Part shown: in pieces, positions 34,254 to 43,716 of the stretch
How positions within the stretch are numbered: position 1 is the first letter of the stretch
Layout of the letters: each line of letters begins with the position of its first letter
Origin: an uncultured Acidobacteriota bacterium
Lineage (GTDB): Bacteria > Acidobacteriota > Vicinamibacteria > Vicinamibacterales > SCN-69-37
Direction of reading: 5' to 3'
NCBI GenBank assembly: GCA_963816795.1
Contig: CAWFLT010000006.1
Location: 32,953-96,952, forward strand
DNA: 64,000 nt
The notes under the pieces: generated by a model
Seen by the model: only the letters and a program-made list of their open reading frames with translations
The model's database searches: none
Told to the model about the DNA's origin: nothing
Translations under genes and position numbers: made by a program

Positions 34254-35992
34254 CGACACCCCGACTCCGCACGCTCAGTCTGGTCGCGCTCGTCGCCACT
34301 GCCGGCCTGCTGGCGGGTTGCGCCGCCAATTCGCTCAAGCAGGCCAGGACCGCCGACGAGATGCGCGAGTACGACGTCGCCGTCGCGCAGTATCAGAAGG
34401 CGGTTCAGCAGAACCCGAACGACAAAGAGGCGCGGCTGGGCCTCGACCGCGCGCTGCTCCGCGCGTCGGACGCCCACCTGTTTCGCGGGCGGCGGCTGGC
34501 CTCGCAAGGCCGCTACGAGGATGCTCAGCTCGAACTGCAGGTGGCGGTCGAGCTCAACCCGACCAACAGCCAGGCGGAGAGCGATCTCCGGGCCGTTCGC
34601 ACGGCACTACGCCTGAAGTTGAGCGCGCCGGCCGACGGCAAGACGCGGCTCGAGTCGATGCTCGAGAGCTCGCGTGATATGGCGCCCGCCGGGTTCGACC
34701 TCCCGGCGGTCAAGCTGCCGGCCGAGATCGTCACTGGCTCGGGGATGACGAGCCGCCTGCTCTTCCTCACCCTCGGCAAGCTCGGCAACGTCAGCGTCAC
34801 GTTCGACTCGCAGTTCCGCGACGTGCCGGCACAGGTCAGTCTGCTGAGCGGCATGACGCTCAAACAGGCGCTCGACGCCGTGTCGAAGTCGACCAACACG
34901 TTCTACCAGGTGAGCTCGCCGGCCACGATCATCGTCGCGCCCGACACACCGGCCAAACGCCGCGAGTACGTGGAGGAAGTGTTCGGGACGATCTTCGTCC
35001 GCAACGTGGACATCAAGGAGACGATGGACGCGCTCCGGGTCGTGGGTGACCTGCGCAGCATCGCGCCGATCACCAACCTCAACGCGATCGCGGTGCGCGA
35101 CACGCCCGAGCGGTTCCTGGCCGCGCGCCGATTCGTCGCGGCCTTCGACAAGGCGCGTCCCGAGATCGTCGTCGACGTCGAAATCCTCGAGGTCAGCCGC
35201 GGGAAGATCCGCGATTACGGCATCCAGATCGCCTCGCCCGGGTCCACCGGCATCTCCGGCAGCTTCGACGCCAATCGTGAAGGCCTGTCTCTGCAGGACC
35301 TGCGGAGCCTGAGCGCCGCCAACGTCCTGGCGTCCAATATTCCGGCGCTGTACTACCGGCTGATCAAGACCGACGACAGCACTCGGACACTGGCCAATCC
35401 GCACATCCGCATCCTGGACGGCGCGGCAGCGACCGCCAACTTCGGCGAAGACGTGCCAGTACCACGCACCACCATCACGCCAATCACGCAAGGCGGCATC
35501 GCCATCCAGCCGCAGACCAGCTTCGAGTACCGCAAGGTCGGCGTGAACCTCGGCATGACCCCGCGCATCCACGCGAACGACGAGATCACGCTCTTGCTCA
35601 ACATCGAGCTGAGCACGGTGGCCGCCGGGACCGGATTCGAGGGGCTGCCGAAGTTCGGCAGCCGCCTCGTCACCACAACGATCCGCCTGCGCGACGGGCA
35701 GACGAACATCCTGGCCGGCTTGATACGCGACGACGAACGGTTGCTGAGAGAGGGCGCCATGCCGGGGCTGGGCTCTCTGTTCGGCCGCAACCGCAAAGAG
35801 GTTCAGCAAACCGACGTCGTCGTCATGCTCACGCCGCACATCATCAGGGAGCTGACCCTGACCGAAGACGACCTGCGGCCGTTCAGAATCCCCCGCGAGG
35901 GATCGGGCATCTCCGTCATTGAGGGCATCGTCCCGGTGCCGCCGGTGATCAAAGACGGACGTGGTGGGGGCGGCGGCGGAGGCCGAAAGTGA
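34250..35992 (+). CDS. Lipoprotein secretin (GspD-like) with N-terminal TPR repeats
   Basis: Lipobox LLAGC, TPR repeats, EIVVDVEILEV, LANPHIR, VGVNLGMTPRIH, LRDGQTNILAGL, VVMLTPHII. Confidence 0.85.
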   Translation: MTTPRLRTLSLVALVATAGLLAGCAANSLKQARTADEMREYDVAVAQYQKAVQQNPNDKEARLGLDRALLRASDAHLFRGRRLASQGRYEDAQLELQVAVELNPTNSQAESDLRAVRTALRLKLSAPADGKTRLESMLESSRDMAPAGFDLPAVKLPAEIVTGSGMTSRLLFLTLGKLGNVSVTFDSQFRDVPAQVSLLSGMTLKQALDAVSKSTNTFYQVSSPATIIVAPDTPAKRREYVEEVFGTIFVRNVDIKETMDALRVVGDLRSIAPITNLNAIAVRDTPERFLAARRFVAAFDKARPEIVVDVEILEVSRGKIRDYGIQIASPGSTGISGSFDANREGLSLQDLRSLSAANVLASNIPALYYRLIKTDDSTRTLANPHIRILDGAAATANFGEDVPVPRTTITPITQGGIAIQPQTSFEYRKVGVNLGMTPRIHANDEITLLLNIELSTVAAGTGFEGLPKFGSRLVTTTIRLRDGQTNILAGLIRDDERLLREGAMPGLGSLFGRNRKEVQQTDVVVMLTPHIIRELTLTEDDLRPFRIPREGSGISVIEGIVPVPPVIKDGRGGGGGGGRK

Positions 35993-36003
35993 TCTTCTGA
36001 CAT

Positions 36004-36143
36004 CACACGGAGCTCACGGTGGGGCCACGGAGAGCACGGGGCTCAAAAGGTTAAGACCTCTTGTCCCGCTGCAGTCTGTGGTTCACGTCGATTGTGACGC
36101 TGACAGTACGGTTTGCCTCCCATGTCGCTCCGTGCGCTCCGTG
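36004..36143. repeat. CACGG-unit inverted repeat between the convergent secretin gene and murA
   Basis: CACGG four times on the left; CTCCGTG twice on the right. Confidence 0.65.
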
Positions 36144-36174
36144 TTATGCAGCGAAGCTCTTAAGACTTGAGACG

Positions 36175-37434
36175 CTATCCGACCCGCTCCACCTCCGCGC
36201 CAAGCGCCTTGAGATGCTCGACGAGGGTGGAGTAACCGCGCTCGACAGTTTCAATCTCGAGCACCGTGCTCTCACCGTCGGCCGCGAGCGCGGCGGCGAC
36301 GAGGGCCATGCCGGAACGGATGTCGCGGCTGTCGAGGGAACGGCCGCGTAACCTGGTCGGGCCGGTCACGATGATCCGGTGTGGATCGCAGAGGAACAGA
36401 TCGGCGCGCATGGCGCTCAATTGTTCGAGCGCAAAGAGGCGCAGCTCGTACATCCAGTCGTGGAGCAGCGTCCGGCCGCGCGCCTGCGTCGCCAGCACTG
36501 TCACCAGGCTGACGATGTCACTGGGGAAGCCGGGCCAGAGCCCGGTGACGATCCGGCGCGCCGCGACGAGCGACGCGGGGCGGACGGCAAAACGGTTGTC
36601 CTCGAGATCCATGTCGACGCCCATTTGCGCGAGGATGGCCGCAATCGGCTCGAGGTCCTTCGCGTGGGCGCCGAGCACCTCCACGTCGCCACCGGTAATG
36701 GCGCCGACCACGCCCCACGACGCGGCCTCGATGTAATCGCCGCGAAGCGTGTGCGCGGCGCCGCGCAACCGGTCGGGCGGCTCGATGCGGATGGTCGACA
36801 GTCCGATGCCGTCGACGCGCGCGCCCATCGCCACCAGGAACTCGCAGAGCTCGGCGACGTGCGGCTCGCACGCGGCGTGCCGGATCTCGGTGACGCCCTT
36901 CGCTTGCGCGGCAGCCAGCAGTGCCGTCTCAGTGCCCGTCACGGAGGCTTCGACCAGATACATCGACGTGCCTTTCAGGCCGTCGGGCGCCTCGAGCCGG
37001 TGACTGGACGGGCCTTCGACGACCCGGCCGCCCATGGCCACGAGCGCATGCAGGTGCGTCGTGATCGTGCGGCGGGCGGGAAAATCGCCGCCGGGCGGCG
37101 CGAGCGTCGCGTGTCCGGTCCGGCCGAGGAGCGCGCCTAGCAACAGCACCGAGCCGCGCAGCCGGCCCACCAGCTTCGGATCCGGCTCGGACGACGAGAG
37201 ATCGCGGCATGTGATGCGCAGGGTCGTCGTCCCCTTCCCCTCCACCTCTGCCCCGAGTGACTCGAGCAGCTCGATCATCACGGCGACGTCACGAATCCGC
37301 GGCACGTTCCGCAGCTCGCAGGTCTCGCTCGTCAGGAGGCACGCCGCCAGGAGCGGCAGCGCCGCGTTCTTGTTCCCCTCGACGGCAATCCGGCCCGAAA
37401 GCCGTCGTCCGCCACGAATCACCAAATCAGCCAT
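36175..37434 (-). CDS. murA: UDP-GlcNAc enolpyruvyl transferase (Asp at the catalytic Cys position)
   Basis: GNKNAALP, PPGGDFPARR, SVTGTE, AACEPHV, WPGFPSD, DIRSG, ERGY. Confidence 0.95.
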   Translation of the reverse strand: MADLVIRGGRRLSGRIAVEGNKNAALPLLAACLLTSETCELRNVPRIRDVAVMIELLESLGAEVEGKGTTTLRITCRDLSSSEPDPKLVGRLRGSVLLLGALLGRTGHATLAPPGGDFPARRTITTHLHALVAMGGRVVEGPSSHRLEAPDGLKGTSMYLVEASVTGTETALLAAAQAKGVTEIRHAACEPHVAELCEFLVAMGARVDGIGLSTIRIEPPDRLRGAAHTLRGDYIEAASWGVVGAITGGDVEVLGAHAKDLEPIAAILAQMGVDMDLEDNRFAVRPASLVAARRIVTGLWPGFPSDIVSLVTVLATQARGRTLLHDWMYELRLFALEQLSAMRADLFLCDPHRIIVTGPTRLRGRSLDSRDIRSGMALVAAALAADGESTVLEIETVERGYSTLVEHLKALGAEVERVG

Positions 37435-37477
37435 GCCAGCGCGGGCGCCGTTGCTGGCGCCCCTCCTTCGTTCGCAA

Positions 37478-38419
37478 TCAGTCGAACTGCCCGAGGAACA
37501 TCACTTCGTCGCGCAGCGTCACCCCGAACCGATCTCGCACCGCGCCTCTCGCCGTTTCCACCAGCGACCGGATGTCGCTCGCGGTCGCCCGTCCGTCGTT
37601 GACGACGAAATTGGCGTGCGTGGCCGAGATCGCCGCGCCGCCGATCCGGTAGCCCTTGAAGCCGGCGCGGTCGACCAGCGCACCGGCCGACGCCGGGATG
37701 CCGTCCGGCACCCGGTCGACGGCCGGATCGGGATTCTGGAAGATGCACCCCGCGCTCGGCAGCGCCAGCGGCTGCGTCTGCTTGCGAAACGCCAGCGACG
37801 CCCGCGCCACCGCGCGAAGCGCGTCCGGCGCTCCCGCGCGCGCGCCAAACTCGGCCCACACGAGGATCTCGCCGGTGCGCTTCAAGCGGCTCGTATCGTA
37901 GGCGAACTCCAATTGGTCGTGGGCGACCACGCTGGCCTGGCCGTCACGCGCCACGACCTGCACAGACACCACGAGATCGCCGATGTTCCGCCCGCCGAAG
38001 TGCGCATTCCCGAAGATCGCCCCGCCGACGGTGCCGGGCGTGCCGGCCCACGCCTCGAGTCCGGCGACGCCGCGGCCAACCGTCCACCGCACGAGCCCGT
38101 TCATCGTCACGCCGGCTTCTGCGCGGACGCGATCCGCGACCGGTTGCGAAATCGTCGTGAGCAGCGGACGAATGACGACCCCACGAATCCCCCGATCGGC
38201 AATGACGACGTTCGACCCGCCACCGAGCACAGTGACGTCGAGACCCGCTTCACGCGCCGCCCGGACGACTGCCGACAGCTGGTCGGCCGTCCGCACCTCC
38301 ACGAGCCAGTCCGCCGGCCCGCCCACGCGAAAGGTCGTGAACTCCGCCAATGGCGCGTCGACCCGAACGGCGGCCGGGCCCACGATCTCCCGCACGCGCA
38401 TTTCAAACGCCGAAGACAC
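37478..38419 (-). CDS. murB: UDP-N-acetylenolpyruvoylglucosamine reductase
   Basis: TTFRVGGPA, LGGGSNV, PGTVGGA, SAGCIFQNP, HANFVVN. Confidence 0.96.
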   Translation of the reverse strand: MSSAFEMRVREIVGPAAVRVDAPLAEFTTFRVGGPADWLVEVRTADQLSAVVRAAREAGLDVTVLGGGSNVVIADRGIRGVVIRPLLTTISQPVADRVRAEAGVTMNGLVRWTVGRGVAGLEAWAGTPGTVGGAIFGNAHFGGRNIGDLVVSVQVVARDGQASVVAHDQLEFAYDTSRLKRTGEILVWAEFGARAGAPDALRAVARASLAFRKQTQPLALPSAGCIFQNPDPAVDRVPDGIPASAGALVDRAGFKGYRIGGAAISATHANFVVNDGRATASDIRSLVETARGAVRDRFGVTLRDEVMFLGQFD

Positions 38420-38420
38420 G

Positions 38421-38459
38421 CCCTAAATCTCCAATCCCCAAATCTCCAAATCCCCAAAT
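38421..38459. repeat. Octamer tandem repeat CCAAATCY
   Basis: About five imperfect units fill the mpl-murB gap. Confidence 0.75.
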
Positions 38460-39862
38460 TAATGCGCAAGCGCCTTTAACAGCTTCTCGTGGATTCCGTC
38501 GAAACCGCCGTTCGACATGATGACGACGACATCACGCTCACGCGCCTCGGCGGCGATGGTCGAGACGATCTCCGGCACGGTCGCGATGTGGCGTGCACGC
38601 TGCCCGTTGCGCCGGAGCGCCCGCACCAGCTCGTCGAGCGAGAGCCGTTCGTCGTCGGGCAACGACGACCTGAAGACCGCCGCCAGGATGATCTCGTCGG
38701 CCCCGGATTCTCCGAACGCCCGCGCGAAGTCGTCCTGAAAGACCCGACGGCACGACGTCGCGGATCGCGGTTCGAACACGGCCCAGATCCGCCGGTCGGG
38801 GTACGCCCAGCGCACCGATCGAAGCGTCTCCAGAATCGCCGTCGGATGGTGGGCGAAGTCGTCGAATACCGACACGCCGCGCACCTCGCCGCGCAGCTCG
38901 AGGCGTCGCCGGATGCCTTGAAAGTCGGTCAAGCCGCGAATCATCTCGTCGACCGAGAGGCCCGCAGCGTCGCCGGCCGCCATCGCCGCGAGCGCGTTCC
39001 GGACGTTGTGCGCGCCGAACATCGGCAGCCGCGCCCGGCCGCGCGGCTCGCCCCGGACGGTGACCTCGAAGACGACGCGATCGCCGTCTGGTCGCAGCCC
39101 CGAGGCCCGCCAGTCGGCCTCCGGCGCCAGGCCAAACGTCTCGACCTCGCAGCGTGCGAACGTCTTGAGCGACATCGCTTCGGCGCTGTCGGCGCCCAGG
39201 ATCAACCGCCCGCGCCGCGGCACGAGATTGACGAACCGGCGGAACGCGAGCCGGAGCGACTCCATGTCCGGATAGATGTCGGCGTGGTCGTACTCGAGGT
39301 TGGCGACGATGGCGATGTCGGGCAGGTACTTGAGGAACTTCGCGGTCTTGTCGAAGAACGCGCTGTCGTATTCGTCGCCCTCGATGACGAAATCGCGTCC
39401 GGAACCCAGGCGATAGCTGCCGTCGAAGTTCAGCGCGATCCCGCCGACGAGCAGGCTCGGATCAAGCGCGCCGGCCGTCAGCAGCCAGCCGGTCAGTGCG
39501 GTCGTGGTCGTCTTGCCGTGCGTGCCGGCGACGACGATCGACCGGCGGCTCCAGAGAAACTGCTCCCGGATCGCCTCTGGCAGCGACTGGAACCGGACCT
39601 TTCGATCGAGGACGTCTTCGAGCTCGACGTTGCCTCGTGAGATGGCGTTGCCGACAATGACGACGTCGATGTCGGTGGTGATGTGGGCGGCGTCATAGCG
39701 GTCGAACAGTCGAATCTGCTCGCGCGCGAGGAAGTCGCTCATCGGCGGATACATCGCGTGGTCGGATCCCTGGACAAAATGGCCGCGCACCTTGAGCATG
39801 GCCGCGAACGTGGCCATGGCCGTGCCGCAGATGCCGATGAAATGAAATCGCTTGAGGCTCAT
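38459..39862 (-). CDS. mpl: Murein tripeptide ligase (Mpl / MurC-like)
   Basis: GICGTAM, YPPMS, GTHGKTTT, EGDEYDSAFFDK, DDFAHHPT, FEPRS, MSNGGF. Confidence 0.92.
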   Translation of the reverse strand: MSLKRFHFIGICGTAMATFAAMLKVRGHFVQGSDHAMYPPMSDFLAREQIRLFDRYDAAHITTDIDVVIVGNAISRGNVELEDVLDRKVRFQSLPEAIREQFLWSRRSIVVAGTHGKTTTTALTGWLLTAGALDPSLLVGGIALNFDGSYRLGSGRDFVIEGDEYDSAFFDKTAKFLKYLPDIAIVANLEYDHADIYPDMESLRLAFRRFVNLVPRRGRLILGADSAEAMSLKTFARCEVETFGLAPEADWRASGLRPDGDRVVFEVTVRGEPRGRARLPMFGAHNVRNALAAMAAGDAAGLSVDEMIRGLTDFQGIRRRLELRGEVRGVSVFDDFAHHPTAILETLRSVRWAYPDRRIWAVFEPRSATSCRRVFQDDFARAFGESGADEIILAAVFRSSLPDDERLSLDELVRALRRNGQRARHIATVPEIVSTIAAEARERDVVVIMSNGGFDGIHEKLLKALAH

Positions 39863-40817
39863 TCGGACGCCGCCGACTCTTCGACGATGAGCTCCGGAAG
39901 GCGGTCGTCGGCGACGACACGCGTGCGCACGCCGAAGGGCAGACTGACAAGCGGCGTCGTCGTGTGGCCCGACGGAACGCCGAGCAGGACCGGCCCCGGA
40001 AAGCCCGCCAGGACGTCGCGCAAGACGTCACGCGCCTGCACGGCGCCGCCCGGCTCATCGCAGCCGGGAAGCTGACCGAACACGACGGCCACGGCGTCAC
40101 CGAACCGGCCGCTCAGCCGCCATTGCATCAGCATGCGATGCAGGCGATAGGGCCGCTCGTTGACCTCGTCAAGGAACAGCACGTGGCGGGCCGGCGGACG
40201 AAACTCGAACGGCGTGCCGAACGACGCCAACAGTTGCGTGAGCGTGCCGCCCGCGAGCGGTCCGGTCGCGGCGCCGGGCTGGACGACTTCGAGCGTGGCA
40301 CCGCCAACCGGGCCCAGCGGTTCGGGGCCGAGGCTCCGGAGAAAGCTCACCGGGTCGTACGCCGTCGGCCCGGCCGCGAGGCGTCCTTCGATCATGGCCC
40401 CGTGGACCGATGCGAGTCCCCCGTCCGCGCCGAGCACGCTGTGCAGCGACGTGAGATCGCTGTAGCCGACGAACGCCGTCCGCGACCGTCGCAGTCGATC
40501 GACGTCGAGGCAGCGGCAGGATCTCGACGCTGCCGTAGCCGCCGCGCACGGCGACGACCGCATCGGCGTCCATCTCGTCGAACGCGCGCACGAGGGCGCC
40601 GGCACGACGTCGCTGGATCGCCGGCCGTCATCGCGCGACGGTCGAACACCGAGTCGTCGTACACCGCGTGCAGCCCGAGGCGGCTCAGCTCCGCGACGCC
40701 GGCGTCGAACTGGGTACGGGAGAAGGCGCTGGCGGGCGCGACGAGCGCGACCCGGCTGCCGGGCCGGACCGGGCGAAACTTGATGAGGCCCGCGGCCGTC
40801 CGCGGAGTCAGCGCCAC
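39859..40817 (-). CDS. ldcA: LD-carboxypeptidase, S66 family (frameshifted)
   Basis: VALVAPAS, VRGGYGS, VGYSDLT, LFLDEVNERPYR, PSGH. Confidence 0.88.
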
Positions 40818-41892
40818 GCCGCCATCTCTTCGGCGACGGCCTGATGACGGGCGCATCCGACGACGTCGAGCGGCGTCGCGACGGCCGGGCGTGGTGTCAG
40901 AAAGCGTTCCTTGATCCGCTGCTGCCGGACGAGCGCGTCATCGATGCGGGTCTGCGGCAGCCGGCCGTCTTCGGCGGCGCGAATGACGGTCTCGATCGCC
41001 GTCCACCTGTTCGTCGACGGTCGTGTTGCAGAGCAGACCGATGTCGCAGCCGGCCGAGATCGCGGCCAGCAGCACGTCTGGCGGGCGGCACGAACGACGT
41101 CGCGCCCTTCATGCCCAGATCGTCGGTCATGACCAGTCCGTCGAAGCGGAGGTGTTCTTTCAGGAAACCGGTGACGATGCCGCGGGAAAACGTCGCCGGC
41201 GCGCGCGCGTCGAGCGCCGGCACCAGCACGTGCGCGGTCATGATCGCCGCCACGCCGTCCGCGACGGCACGTCTGAACGGCACCAGCTCGATCGCGTCGA
41301 GCCGCCGCGGATCGTGGTCGACCACAGGCAGGGCCTCGTGCGAATCGACGGTGGTGTCGCCGTGGCCGGGAAAGTGCTTGCCGCACGCGGCCACGCCGTT
41401 CTGCTGTAACGCGCGAACGATCGCGGCGCCCAGCCGCGCCACCAGATCGGCCTCTCCCGCCAGGGCGCGATCGCCGATGACGGGATTGGACGGATTGGTG
41501 TGGATGTCGAGGACCGGCGCGTAGTCGAGGTTGATGCCGACGGCAGTGAGCTCCGCCGCCAACGCCGCGCCGAAGCGCTCCGCGAGCCCTTCGTTGCCGC
41601 TCCGGCCGAGCGTCATCGCGGGAGGCCATTCCGTGAACGGCGACCTCAACCGCGCGACCCGGCCGCCCTCCTGATCGACGCTGATCCAGAACGGCCAGTC
41701 ACGCGCGAGCGACGCCACTTCGCGGGACAGCTCGCGTACCTGCGCGGGCTCGACGACGTTGCGCGCGAAGTAGATCACACCGGCGAGATCGAACTCGGCG
41801 GCGAGACGCCTCAGGTCGTCGGGCACGCTGTGCCCGCTGAACCCCACGATGGCCAGCCGGCCGGCGTGACGCCGAAGCTCACGAAGCGACAT
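40808..41892 (-). CDS. nagZ: Beta-N-acetylhexosaminidase, GH3 (frameshifts near 41000-41110)
   Basis: SVDQEGGRVAR, APVLD, KHFPGHGDT..DSH, TDDLGM. Confidence 0.92.
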
Positions 41893-41900
41893 GCGCAGGC

Positions 41901-41910
41901 CATTATAATG
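41901..41910. promoter_or_regulatory. Palindromic bidirectional -10 element
   Basis: CATTATAATG is self-complementary, giving TATAAT on both strands between nagZ and the GHMP kinase (22 nt between start codons). Confidence 0.7.
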
Positions 41911-41914
41911 CCGC

Positions 41915-42911
41915 GTGCGCATCGACTCCTCCGCGCCCACGCGCATCGATCTCGCCGGCGGTACCTACGACATCTGGCCGCTCTACCTTTTTCATGACAA
42001 CGCCCAGACCATCAACGTCGCGCTGAGCCTGCGTGCGCATTGCACGCTCACGGCGCGTCACGACGGCCGCGTCCGCCTTATTTCAGAAGACACCAACGAG
42101 CAGGTCGAGGCGCCGGGCCCGGACTGACCTGGGGTCAGCACGCTGCCGCTCGTCGCCCGGCTGGTGCGCCATTTCGGAGCCCGAGGCGTCGACGTGCGCA
42201 CGAAGTCCGAGTCGCCCGTCGGCGCCGGAATCGCCGGCTCGTCGGCGATGAACATCGCCGTCGCCGCCGCCCTCGCGGCCTGGACCGGACAGGAACTGCC
42301 CGATCGCGACCTGCTGGCGCTGGCCATGAACATCGAAGCGCAGGTGATCGATGTGCCGACCGGCGCGCAGGACTATCGGCCGGCGCTCTACGGCGGCGTC
42401 TCGGCGGTCGAGCTTCGCGCCGATGGGGTCCGCCGCGTCGGCCTCGACGTCGACCTGAGTGCCCTGCAGCAACGCATCGTCCTCGGCTACACGAACGCGT
42501 CGCGCAACTCCGGCATCAACAACTGGGACGTCATGGTGCGGCGGATCAACGGCGACCGTCAGGTCGTCGCCGCCTTCGAGTGCGATTCGTGACGCCGCGC
42601 TGGGGCTGCGCCGGGGACTCGAGCGGGGCGACTGGGCGGCGGTCGCCTCGCATCTGAACGACGAATGGACGCACCGCAAACGCCTCGCGCCTGGCGTGAC
42701 CACGGCCGCCATCGACGCCCTGCTCGACGCGCGCCCGGGACGCCGGCGCCACCGCCGGCAAGGTCTGTGGAGCCGGCGGGGGCGGCTGTATCGTCTGTCT
42801 CACGCCGGCCGGAGCGTCGCGACGCAGTCGCCGCCGCCATGACGGCCGGCGGGGCGACGGTGCTGCCCTTCTCTCTCGAGGCGCACGGACTGAAGCTCGT
42901 ACGCGCATTGA
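41915..42911 (+). CDS. GHMP-family sugar kinase (HddA-like; several frameshifts)
   Basis: APTRIDLAGGTYD, PVGAGIAGSSA, TGAQDY, GKVCGAGGGGC. Confidence 0.85.
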
Positions 42912-42925
42912 ACGGGAGCCGGATC

Positions 42926-43195
42926 GTGGATGCGCCCAGCGAGATCAAGAAGCTCTACTACAACGCCACCCGCGCCACCATCGCCCGCGATCTCGCACGC
43001 GCGGTGGAGCTCCTCAAGTCCCTGCCCGACGAAGACGCGCGGCAGCAGGTGGCCGTCTACATGGACGGCTTGTCGCAGATGAGGAGTGAGTGGGCGGGAC
43101 AGCAGGCGCCTGAGAAAGGGCAAAAGGCAAAAGCGCTAGTCAAAGAGCTTCGCGGCATAACACGGTGGGCACGGAGGTACACGGAGAGAGCTTAA
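42926..43195 (+). CDS. Small hypothetical protein
   Basis: GGAG before GTG; EIKKLYYNAT...DLARAVELLK...VYMDGLSQMRSEW. Confidence 0.6.
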   Translation: MDAPSEIKKLYYNATRATIARDLARAVELLKSLPDEDARQQVAVYMDGLSQMRSEWAGQQAPEKGQKAKALVKELRGITRWARRYTERA

Positions 43196-43270
43196 GTTTT
43201 TCTTAAGGGAAAGAACTTTCCTAAGCTGTCTGACTCCGTGGACTCCGCGTGTCTCCGTGATCTCCGTGTG
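43159..43270. repeat. CACGG-unit inverted repeat between convergent genes
   Basis: CACGG three times on the left; CTCCG(T/C)G four times on the right; AT-rich centre. Confidence 0.75.
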
Positions 43271-43288
43271 CGCTTTTGATCTTGGCAC

Positions 43289-43699
43289 TCACTGCCACAG
43301 CTTCCAGCTCTGATAGACGAGGACGCCAATCGCCGCGACCGCGACGATGACGAGGACGACGCGGAGGATGCGGACGGCACGCCGCTGACGTTCCAGGAAC
43401 TCGCGGTCGTCAGCGCTGATCTCGGGCCGTCGCTCACGCGCGATCCGTTCCGCTTCGCGCTCGCTCTTGTTCAGTTCGACCAGGAACTCGTTGACCGTCG
43501 CGTCGGGGTTCAGCCCGACCGCAGCCGCGTAGGCGCGCACGAACGATCGGCTGAAGATGCCGCCTGGCAGCCTGGCGTAGTCGCTCCGTTCGAGCGCGTC
43601 GAGCGTCGTCGGCGAGATTTTGGTCGCCGTCGCGATTTCGTTGAGCGAGATGCCGCGCTCTTCGCGAGCGAGCCTGAGTCTGGTGCCGAGATCCGACAT
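43289..43699 (-). CDS. RodZ-like HTH protein with a C-terminal TM helix
   Basis: GTRLRLAREERGISL.EIA..TKI...LE...LPGGIFSRSFVRAYA...GL; ends after the TM helix. Confidence 0.82.
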   Translation of the reverse strand: MSDLGTRLRLAREERGISLNEIATATKISPTTLDALERSDYARLPGGIFSRSFVRAYAAAVGLNPDATVNEFLVELNKSEREAERIARERRPEISADDREFLERQRRAVRILRVVLVIVAVAAIGVLVYQSWKLWQ

Positions 43700-43716
43700 G
43701 CCGGGGACCCAGTACT

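Noticed and set aside
42665-43195. Apparent fusion of the GHMP kinase C-terminus with the downstream small protein
   Set aside because: An out-of-frame TGA at 42909 and a separate GGAG plus GTG at 42926 in an indel-rich stretch favour two genes
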